This document shows positions 1 through 9,359 of a stretch of 64,000 nt of DNA, piece by piece. Numbering within the stretch: the stretch's first letter is position 1; every line of letters starts with the position of its first letter. Under the pieces are notes generated by a model. It was not told the origin of the DNA and did not search any database. It saw nothing but the letters and a program-made list of their open reading frames with translations. Where the stretch lies: NCBI GenBank assembly GCA_013265495.1, contig MU058198.1, positions 1,872,419 to 1,936,418 of the forward strand, written 5' to 3'. This stretch comes from Vicugna vicugna. Its lineage: Eukaryota. A program made the translations under genes and the position numbers.

Positions 1-145
1 CCGCTATTGCCCTAATGGGAAAGCCCTCAGTCATCTTCCTTGACGAGCCATCAACTGGTATGGACCCAGTAGCCCGGCGCCTGCTTTGGAACACAGTGAC
101 ACAGACGCGTAAAAGTGGCAAAGTCATTATCATAACATCTCACAG
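1..145 (+). CDS. Gene A exon (partial): NBD2 Walker B, D-loop, H-loop
   Basis: Frame from base 3: [47 protein letters not shown]; donor AG|GTGTGG, phase 2. Confidence 0.93.
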
Positions 146-350
146 GTGTGGCTCACTAGGAGACTTGGTTAAGAATTAGTAGTGGCTATGGGAAGGCATT
201 ATTTGGTGCTGGCAATATTGGAGAGTAAAATTGCCTGAGTATGTGAGTTCCTCCTTTATCCTACTGAATGGAATGGCCAAGAATCCTCATTGAGAGGAGA
301 GAGCAGGAAGTTGAGGAGCTGTTCCATTTGAGAATTTAGCCCTCTACTAC

Positions 351-520
351 TTTTTTTAAAATTAAAGTATAATTGGTTAATTTACAATATTGTATTAGTT
401 TCAACTGTATAACTTAGTGATTGAGTAGTTTTATAAATACTCCATTTATTATTATAAAATATTAGCTATATTCCAAGTGCTGTACAGTATATCGTGTAGC
501 TTATTTATTTTACTACTTTG
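351..520 (-). mobile_element. L1 3'-end fragment
   Basis: Poly-T followed by aagtataa...tttacaatattgtattagtttca...gtgctgtacagta, resembling the antisense L1 3' end also seen at 2853. Confidence 0.6.
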
Positions 521-679
521 AGTTTGAAAATAACTCCATTTGCCATGATGTTGGTGATGGGCAGATGCAACTTCCCTTTCAAAGAGAGTTACAAAATTTT
601 ACTGGATATCTGAACTACAGAATATGTTCTAATAGAGACTTTTTAAGCTTTACATCATTCTATTATTTTGTTTTGCTAG

Positions 680-870
680 TATGGAGGAATGTGACGCTCT
701 TTGTACCAGGCTGGCCATTATGGTAAAGGGAAAGTTCATGTGCCTGGGCAGCCCTCAGCATCTCAAGAACAAGTTTGGCAACATTTATATCCTAAAAGTC
801 AAGATCAAGATTGATACAGATGAAGATAAATTAGAGGACTTTAAAACTTTTATTGCAACCGTCTTCCCAG
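680..870 (+). CDS. Gene A exon: end of NBD2, start of R2 domain
   Basis: ttttgctag|T completes Ser; [33 protein letters not shown]...TVFP; donor CAG|GTAAAT. Confidence 0.95.
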
Positions 871-1171
871 GTAAATTTGGTTGTTTGGGTGAACTTTTTT
901 AAATCGTATCTGTTACTCACCTCTGTATGCTGTGTATCTCCAGTAACTGTTTCTTGTGAGTTACTGACATTCATTGCTCTTCCATACTGAATTACTTTTG
1001 GAATGCTTGTTCTTTTAAATTTTTTATGTTTAGTTGTGCTAAGAAGTTTACACAAGGAACAGAAATATTTACCAGTCTCTCGTAAGGCAATTGTAGACTA
1101 GAGCTATCCATATGGTATATATCTAAAGTCATATATTTGAGCAAAATTCTCAACTATTAGCACATATAATC

Positions 1172-1547
1172 TGTATTAGTCTGCTAGGGCTGCTGTAATA
1201 AAATAGCACAGACTGGGTGGCCTGAATGATGGAAATTAATTTTCTCACAGTTCTGAGGTTAAAAGGTTTCAGAAGGTCTGGTTTCTCCTGGGGCCTCTCT
1301 CCTTGGCTTGCTGATGGCCCCCTTCTCACTGGGTCCTCAGACAGCCTTTTATCTGTGTGTGTGCATCCCTGGTGTCTCTTGCTTTTATTATGAAAACAAC
1401 AGTCATAGTGGACTAATGTCCCACCCTTATGACCTCATTTATCATTAATTACATTCCTAAAGGGCCTGTGTCCAAACACAATCAACTGGGGTTAGGACTT
1501 CAGCATATGAATTTGGGGGCAGGGGGGACAGAATTCAGTCTATAACA
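1172..1547. mobile_element. MaLR solo LTR (MLT1A-like)
   Basis: TG...CA termini; tgtattagtctgctagggctgctgtaataaaatagcacagactgggtggc...ttctcacagttctg...cagcatatgaatttggggg...cagtctataaca; homologous to the copy at 8277. Confidence 0.8.
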
Positions 1548-2852
1548 CCACTCATGAAAAGTTGTAAGGTTTTTTTTTCCTCACACTCTGGTCTTTTGCT
1601 CTCCCAGCCATGATATGCAATTGAAATTCAAACAAGAACCACTAAGCTTTTCTCTCCTTTCAAGAGCAGAATGCTGCTTCATGCTGTATTCAGTGAGCCT
1701 TTCTCTGCCTATATGGTACAATGCCACAGACAGCAACTGTTTCTTTCAGTCCCTTATCTGTCTTTCCTAAACGTAAAGCAGGGACATGGAAAGTCTTCTA
1801 ATAATTCTGGTTTTTCATCTTAGTTTCCACTCTGCTATGCTGAGCAAAATAATCACGGAAGTTGCCATTGCATGTAAGGGTGAGGAGTTGGAAGTTAATC
1901 TTCTAGGCAATGGAAAACAGGCATATTGATTACACAGTAAGAATGGAGAGCAGAAAATAAAAAGAAATGGATGGTAGAGCGCTAGAGCAGATGTGGGGAA
2001 CAGACGTGTGGGAAGTAGAATTACCTCAGTGTTGTTAATAGTCTGTTAAAACCCTATGCGTCCATTCATCAAACCACGTATGCACCCATTCAGCAAGTAT
2101 TTTTGCGATGAAGTCCTTAAATCACTATGAAGAAAAACTGTCATCATAGAACCTCATTTTACTGTGTGCTGTCCTAGCAACTTGCTCTACTTGAAGGAGG
2201 GACGGACACTAAACACCAAGTAGAGATCTGTCCTCGAGGACTGTGGACACAAGAGCTTTAATGGAAACGTGGGTTCAAGGCACATTTTCAGCTGAAAGTG
2301 GTTTTTTTCCCAGACCTTCCTCACATTATTTTTGAGGAAATAGCTATTTAAATATGACAGAATCAAAAAGGAACTGATATGTAACTATACATAAAGACTG
2401 ACTTTCAAAAGAAGAAATAAATATTACAAGCAAAGGGCAGCTGGAATATTCACTTCTAATAGTTACAGAAATGAGAAATACTAAGGGTAAAGGAGTGTAT
2501 ACAATCTGCAGGAGATTTAAGTCATGCATTCTTTGTATAAAAATCACAAATAAAATGATTCAATTTCTTCAGTTTAGAAGATTATATCTCTGAAAGGCAC
2601 TTCTGGTAAAATAACACTAGGTAAAATCAAAACAAAAATATTTAAATGCAACAATTTAAAATAATTGTTTCACACTCAGCTGTGTTCTCCTAGAGCAGTC
2701 TACGCTGGCTTAAGTTTTGATCTAGTTACCCAGGCTACTAAGGAATTAGAGCCCCCTCAGTCTAATGGCCTCCTAGTTTGATTATATTAACATATATTTT
2801 ATTTAAAAATGTTTAAATCTTTTGCAAGGACAATGGTCTATCTCATTTACTA

Positions 2853-3690
2853 TTTTTATTGAAGTATAGTCAGTTTACAATGTGTCAATTTCTGATGTAC
2901 AGCATAAAGTCTGTCATACATACATATACATATATTCATTTACATGTTCTTTTTCATTATAGGTTACTATAAGATACTGAATATAGTTCCCTGTGCTATA
3001 CAGTATAAATGTGTTGTTTATCTATTTTATATATAGCAGTTAGTATCTGCAAATCTCCATCTCCAAATTCATCCCTTCCCATCCCCTCTGGCAACCACAA
3101 GTTTGTTTTCTATGTCTGTGAGTCTGTTTCTGTTTTATAAATAATTTCATTTGTGTCTCTTTTTTAGATTCCACATATAAGTGATACCATATGGTATTAT
3201 TTTTCTTTCTCTTTCTGGCTTACTTCACTTAGAATGACAATCTCCAGGTTCATCTATGTTGAATCAAATGGCATTATCTTATTGTTTTCTATGGCTGAGT
3301 AGTATTCCATTGAATATATATATCACAACTTCTTTATCCAGTTATCTGTCAGTGGACATTTAGGTTGTTTCCATGTCTTGACTATTGTAGGCACATGAAA
3401 AAATGCTCAATCTTACTACTTATCAGAGAAACGCAAATCAAAACTACAATGAAACATCACCTCACACCCATCAGAATGGCCATCATTCAAAAGTCCACTA
3501 ACGATAAGTGCTGGAAAGAGTGTGGAGAAAAGGGAACCCTCCTACACTGTTGCTGGAAATTTAGTTTGGTACTGCCATTATGGAAAACAGTATGGAGATT
3601 CCTTTACAAACTAAAAATACACTTACCCTATGATCCAGCAACCCGACTCCAGGGCACATATCCAGAGGGAAATCTAATTCAAAAACATGT
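2853..3690 (-). mobile_element. 5'-truncated, 5'-inverted L1
   Basis: 2853-3390 is an antisense L1 3'UTR/ORF2 end; 3391-3690 is sense ORF2 C-terminus ([40 protein letters not shown]). Confidence 0.85.
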
Positions 3691-3702
3691 ATTTTAAAAC
3701 TA

Positions 3703-3762
3703 AAATTAAATTAACTGAGATTTTAAAACTAAAATGTTTTAAAATCTCAGTTAATTTAATTT
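3703..3762. repeat. Perfect 27-bp inverted repeat with 6-nt loop
   Basis: AAATTAAATTAACTGAGATTTTAAAAC (3703-3729) is the exact reverse complement of 3736-3762; loop TAAAAT. Confidence 0.95.
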
Positions 3763-4389
3763 GAAATAATTTGCAAATATACAGTGATAAGTATAAGCAC
3801 ATCTGTTTGCTCTAAGTTTGGTAGGGTTACCACTTGTTCCCCCTCAACCTAGCAGAGGATTCTTACTCACCTGTGAAAGAACACACAGTCTGAATTTGGG
3901 GATTTTTATGTATGATTTTCCTCTTTCACCTGGCATGTGATCATGAGAGTAGCAAGGAGACCTTGTCCTGCTCTCCTCCCTGGGAAACGCACTGTACATG
4001 GTTACACAACCAGAGTGAAAATCTTGCCTCTTCATAACCTCAGCCCTGTGTTTAGGAATAACGTCCTATGATAATATTAGAATTTTAGAAGGCTCAGGTT
4101 TCATCCTTTGGTCATGCGAGCTAATAATGTTTTTTGTGCCTGAAAGCCTGTGCTCAATACTTCCTATCAGCTCCATCAAACAAAACCTACTATAACAGTA
4201 ATAAATCTGCTGAAAGAATTAACTATGTCGTGTATACTGAAGAGGCGAGCTTTTGGATTATGTCCCCTTTTTTATCAGCCATATCTATTTACCCTTGTGT
4301 TACACATATAATTAAGTTGATGTATCAATATTTTGCATTTAAAATGTAATATATAAGTTTATACATCTATCCTATCTTTCCTTTCTTAG

Positions 4390-4463
4390 GTAGTGAATTA
4401 AAACATGAGAATCAAGGGATCCTTAACTACTACATTCCCAGCAAGGACAATAGCTGGGGAAAG
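4390..4463 (+). CDS. Gene A penultimate exon
   Basis: ctttcttag|GT completes Gly; SELKHENQGILNYYIPSKDNSWGK; donor AAG|GTGATT. Confidence 0.9.
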
Positions 4464-4869
4464 GTGATTGTAGAAACCGTGCCCTTCTAATATGATGTGT
4501 TAAGAAAGCACTAATGATGGAAAGTAGTTGGGATTTAGCTATGTAGAATGGGTGCCTGCAGGTACAGGAGGAGTGGAGACCTTGGGTTACTTTTCAATGG
4601 TCCATGGAGTTAATTGCTTCAGATTTCTATCTCTAAGTCCACCCCCCCTTTTTTTTTTCTATATCCATCAAGAGAATGAGGACAGAGACCTGCTTCCTCT
4701 CAGATTCTCAATGATCTATTTTGTCTATTGTCTCATCTCCCCATTTTGTACCTTTTGTCTTCTAACATTAACGTGGCAGCAGTTGGAGAAAGTGGAGAGG
4801 CTCACCTGGGTTGGGGGTTGGAGGGGACCGCAGTTTGGGTAACTGCACTTTTTGTTGTTGCTGTTAAAG

Positions 4870-4995
4870 GTGTTTGGCATTTTGGAGGAATCTAAAGAGG
4901 AATTCAATTTAGAAGACTATTCTGTCAGTCAGATAACGCTGGAGCAAGTCTTCCTGACCTTTGCTAACCCACAGAACACAGAAGTACATGGTTGA
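4870..4995 (+). CDS. Gene A last coding exon with stop codon
   Basis: ctgttaaag|[41 protein letters not shown]; contains the ABCA 'YSVSQxTLEQVFL' motif. Confidence 0.92.
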   Translation: MFGILEESKEEFNLEDYSVSQITLEQVFLTFANPQNTEVHG

Positions 4996-5123
4996 AAAAA
5001 AGGTGCCTTGAGATTGACTTGCAGCTAGTGACCCTATGTCTTCCTTAGACTACTCTCTGCTACAGCTGGATACAGAGAGGGGCATTCCTGTGAGTCTATA
5101 TCTCGGTGTAAACATATTTATGT

Positions 5124-5129
5124 AATAAA
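5124..5129 (+). terminator. Candidate polyadenylation signal of gene A
   Basis: First AATAAA after the stop codon, ~130 nt downstream, with TGTA motifs just upstream. Confidence 0.6.
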
Positions 5130-6249
5130 TAGCCCCCCAAAGGAGACCATATGTCCATTCTTTATAGATTTACACGAGTGGCCTGCGTATCCAGCATGTG
5201 CAAATCTAAAGACATTTGGTGAAATTTCTGTTTTCTATCCTAGAAATATGAAAGAGCAGCAGTTATTAAGGTGGGGACACAGGTCTTTTCCTGAATAATT
5301 CTGAATGTTTGAAAAGAAACACCCAGAAATGATAGAGCTGTCAGGTGAGACAACCTGAAGAGCAAGGGCTTTATGTTTTTGCAGCTGAGTTAAACATAAG
5401 AGGAGCATATAAAGTCTGGAGCAGAAATCACCTTTCTTATAGATACACACACAGACACACCAGCTTTATACCAAAAGGAGTCTAATTAAAATCAGTATCA
5501 AAGTTTATGGGGATAAGCTGGGTTATTTCCAAAACTCAAACCAGGAGCCTACATTTGTAAGGGAATCTTTGCACTAGGAACATTCAGAGTCCAAGAAAGG
5601 AAACAAAAACATTCTTTAAAAACAGTATTTCCTTTCCTCCTCTTGACCTACCTGTGATTAAGAAGGAAAGAAGAAGAAATGAGGTGTAGAGGGAGGCAAA
5701 CAGAGAATTCTTCTAATTCATATTTGGGCAGATGGAGTTCCCCCATAAGCAGCATGAGAAATGTAATCACTGGCTGTATCATGGGCAGATGACTAGACTA
5801 GGTAAGTAGGATGATCCTCCTCAAATTACAAGATGGAAAGAGTCAGGGAAGCTGTTCTATTTGGGAGTGGTTTTTTTGGGAGGAGGGTGTTTTTATTCCC
5901 CTCAGTTGGATATTGTAAGTAACAAAGTGATAAGCTATTCTCTGTTCTATTGCTTTTAGCTGTAATATAACTTTCTGTGGGTTCCATTCCAATGACTGCT
6001 ATAGATCTCTGGCAAGTGATTTCAGTAATTCCAAAATTTGTTTCCCAGGCTGGCCATCTTTAGAAAGGAAGAAAGAACTCATTTTGTTAAGCTTTTACTT
6101 ACATCTTGTCTCCCAGGTGACTTGATTAGTGATCCTTTAAGAAGTTCTTCCAGTCTGGTGGTCTCTTTCTTCCTCCTATCACCTATCCTACCTCTTCATT
6201 TTCCAACAAGAAACAAACAAAAAATATCACGTGTCAGTTCCCTTAAGAA

Positions 6250-6355
6250 GCACTTTTCATGCGTTACATCATTTAATCCCATGACAACCCTCTGAGGTAG
6301 GTAGCATTGCTACTGTCCTCATTGTACATGGGGGGCTCAGAAGGATTAAGGGATT
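6250..6355 (-). mobile_element. MIR fragment
   Basis: catcatttaatcccatgacaaccctctgaggtaggtag...cattgtacat...ggctcagaaggattaag resembles the MIR core. Confidence 0.65.
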
Positions 6356-6379
6356 CAGCCAACAAGCAAGCAGGAATAT

Positions 6380-7029
6380 CAGTGTCCCCATCAAAAGCCA
6401 GGAAACCACACAGCAATTTGAACAGGGAAGGTTAAAATAATTATTAAATATAATGGGGGTTAGCTGTACGGAGGTAAAGAGAACTCTAGGAGAATACCCA
6501 AGGAAGAAACAAGCTTGGAAGATGGCTCCTCCCCAAGGCTGGACTTCAGATCCTCTTGCAGGAGGTTTAGTTACGGCTCACTTGGTGCTGGGGAAGTTCA
6601 GTGTCCTGGGCCAGGGCTCTTCCACAGGCTGTTCCACACGTGCTGAGCAAGCAGGAATCATCCCTCAGCTGGGTACAGGCTGCCTAGACTGGCCAACAGG
6701 GAAACTCGGCTGGGTCTATAAAACAGAAAACTCTTCTCTGGGGTTGTTAACAGGGTGGTCTTAAGAAGAGTCACCACCGTGAATCACTAGGAATCCGTAC
6801 TTCATGGAGGGGGAGGGAAAAGGGGTGCCAAGAAATGTCCTCCACATCTGCTGCGGGCAGCAAGGTAAGAGCAAAAAGAATCCAAGAGAAAATACCCTTA
6901 ACCACGAGTAAGCCCCTTGTCCTACAGTGTTCCTCCAGCGCCCTCTCCTGACAAAGGCTGTCCCGTCAAGTCTATTCAAGAGCCTAGCTCTATTTGGCGC
7001 TGAGAGGCAGTAAATTAATCCCTGGCACA
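6380..7029 (-). mobile_element. Probable old ERVL-class LTR
   Basis: Minus strand starts TGTGCCAG..ATTTACTGCCTCTCAGC.CCAAAT, resembling LTR 5' ends; subfamily not assigned and left boundary approximate. Confidence 0.4.
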
Positions 7030-7049
7030 GCAGACGGGAGAGGAGAGAA

Positions 7050-7950
7050 TTCAGACCCTATGATAAATTACACTGGAGCTGGGTATTCGGGTGGGGTCAG
7101 CCGAGAGGATTACGCATCAGCGAAACTGGGGAGCGTGAGAAAGGTCTGGAGGTGGGGTTAACTGAAACGCTGGCTGGGCCGGGCTGAGAGCACGCACAAG
7201 GCGCTAGGGATTCCTTAGGCTGAGAGGTCAAAGGGCAGAAGCGGCACGTGCGGAGGGGTGGGGGAAGGGGGGCGCACGCTGAGGAAAGGGCCACGTGGAT
7301 CGTGCGCGTTACGCCTCACCATCGGGGGCTTTTGGGTGGCCCACAGGTAGGAGTTTGCAAGACTGTACGTTCCTTGTTTAACCCCCACGGACTCTGATGG
7401 TGGGGAGGCCAGCCACTGGCTCTCTCTACATTTTCAGCCACTAGCTACCGGGCCGGCTGAGGGTGACGTTGACACAGGAGGGAGAGGGAGCCCGCGAGAC
7501 GTGGAGGATTGTGGGGTCGTCCAGTAGGGTCCAGAGGCAGAGAACCTGGGGAGCAAGTGAAGGGGCGCCGAGGTGGGGCCTTCAGGGTCTGGGCGGTGCA
7601 CAAAGGATGTAGTGGGGAAGGAGGGCAGGCTCTGAGTTGTCAGGGGCGGAGGGACCAGTGCGCGGAGGGGTAGGAGGAGAGGGCTGGCAGGTACTGGGAA
7701 GGTGGAAGGATTGGGAGGGGGCTCTCGGGCTGAGGGGTGGGAGTGGCACGAGCTAGGGACTGTGGTGGTTGCTTGCGCAGAGAAGGGGCCTAGGCAGCGT
7801 TTGCAGGTCCCTCCCATCCCCGGGGTACCCAACAGGGCCTGGCCTTCGAGTGACCCGCGAGGCCTAAGGTGCAAACCTGTGCTGGGAGCGGTTGGAAAGG
7901 GCGTTCGTTGGGAGGAGGCGCAGCCCAGGTTCTAAACGTGCCCATCTGTG
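7050..7950 (+). promoter_or_regulatory. CpG/GC-rich island, probable promoter and 5' non-coding exon of gene B
   Basis: The main non-repeat CpG-dense stretch in the window; E-boxes CACGTG at 7245 and 7292; DR1-like AGGTCA-A-AGGGCA at 7225-7237; candidate donor CAG|GTAGGA at 7346/7347; the ATG exon of gene B has its own splice acceptor, so an upstream exon is required. Confidence 0.7.
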
Positions 7951-8276
7951 GAGGAGGCATTTGTGCGGTCTGAGCGGTGAGTCCCCTGGCTTCCCTCTCT
8001 TCCTTTTCCTCTCCAAGCCCCACTGCTTGGGTATAGGTGACCAGGTCTCCCCAGGAGGCAAAAGCACAGCCCTTTCCCCAACAAAAACACAACAGACAAG
8101 CACACAAAGTTAAGAGACTTAACTTGTACTCCAGAACACACACAGAAGCTCACTAGGACAAATTAAACAAAAATATACTCTTAGGAATTTTCTTGTGTCA
8201 TGCTAAGCATTTGAAAGTAAGGGCTTTGGAAGCAAATGTTTTGGCACTAAACCTGACTAGTCCAGAATTTATTTGC

Positions 8277-8614
8277 CGTCCTAGTCAGCTGGGGCTCCTG
8301 CAGTAGAGTATCATACACTGGTTGACTTCTAGACAACAGAAATTTAGTTCTCGCAGTTCTGGGGCCTGGGAAGTCTAGGGCTGAGGCTCCAGGCAGAGCT
8401 GCGTCTGGTGAGAGCCCAGTTCCTGGTTCCTGGCAGGGGAATTCTCTGGCTAGGAAGCTCTCTGGGGCCTGTTTTATAAGGGCACTAATCCTGTTCTCTG
8501 GGGTTCCATCCTCATGACCTAATTGGCCAAATTTCTCACCTTCTGATACATCACATTGGGGTTAGGATTTCAGCATATGAGTTTTGCAGGTACACAAACA
8601 TTCAGTTTATAGCA
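8277..8614. mobile_element. MaLR solo LTR (MLT1A-like) inserted into a MIR
   Basis: cagaaatttagttctcgcagttctggg...ttataagggcactaatcc...cagcatatgagttttg...cattcagtttatagca; MIR halves flank it at ~8210-8276 and 8615-8720. Confidence 0.8.
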
Positions 8615-8792
8615 ATGACATAAGGAAAATTACTTGATTTTGCTAAGCCTCCGTTTCCTCACCTATAAGGAAAAGGGTGCTACCTGTACCCATCTCAGAG
8701 GGTGATTGCAATGTTTGAATTGCCAGAACGTAGTAGAAAAGGGGTATGGGAGTTCAGTGCTATAGGTAGCTCCATTTGTCTTCATTTTCCTC

Positions 8793-9359
8793 TGTCAAAG
8801 CAAAAATTGCGCCAAAGTTAAAATAGGCAAGGAAGACTCTGTGCAAGGCTATTGGAACAGGGAAGGGAGAGCAGAACTCAGTCTGAGCTCAACTCGGCTG
8901 AAACAGAGCAGTTGGGAAGGTTCTTCAGGGCTGAGATGAGATAGTGGGAAAGTGCTGGAGGACTTTAGAGGGGTGGGAGGGGTTTTCAGGAGGCTTTGAG
9001 TTACTTCCTGAGTTTGCAAATGTTTTGTCTGTGAGTAGGCCACCTGTGCCTGCTGGAGCTGGCTCCCGCCCTCCCTGAGCTATACTGTTCTCCATATATA
9101 AACACACAGTATCTATCTTGATTACAACTCAAAAGGTGACTGCCAGTTCCTTAAGAAAGACATTTTGGGGTTGGAAAACAGGAGAGAGATTTTTTTAAGA
9201 AAAGAGTTACATATATTTAAAAGAGACAGAGGAAGAATTTATAACTACAAATTTTCTAAAGAAAATGCTTTAAGAAAAGGGAGATCAGGACCTAGAGCCA
9301 AAAAAGAGCCTGATTAAAGGTTAGTCAAGCTCACAGGAACATTAAGGCCATCTTGGTCA
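8793..9359 (-). mobile_element. ERV solo LTR with 4-bp TSD
   Basis: TGTCA...GGTCA (TG...CA termini), flanked by perfect CCTC direct repeats at 8789-8792 and 9360-9363. Confidence 0.75.

Larger units (their letters stand above)
1..4995 (+). other. Gene A span (5'-partial): ABCA3-like / ABCA14-16 family ABC transporter, join(<1..145,680..870,4390..4463,4870..4995)
   Basis: Four exons with GT/AG boundaries and matching phases splice into an open frame: [21 protein letters not shown]...[21 protein letters not shown]...VFPG...[11 protein letters not shown]...[13 protein letters not shown]...stop, the ABCA C-terminus. Confidence 0.93.

Noticed and set aside
7097..8153. Overlapping 65-146 aa ORFs on both strands
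   Set aside because: Low-complexity Pro/Gly-rich products expected in GC-rich promoter DNA; no recognisable domain.
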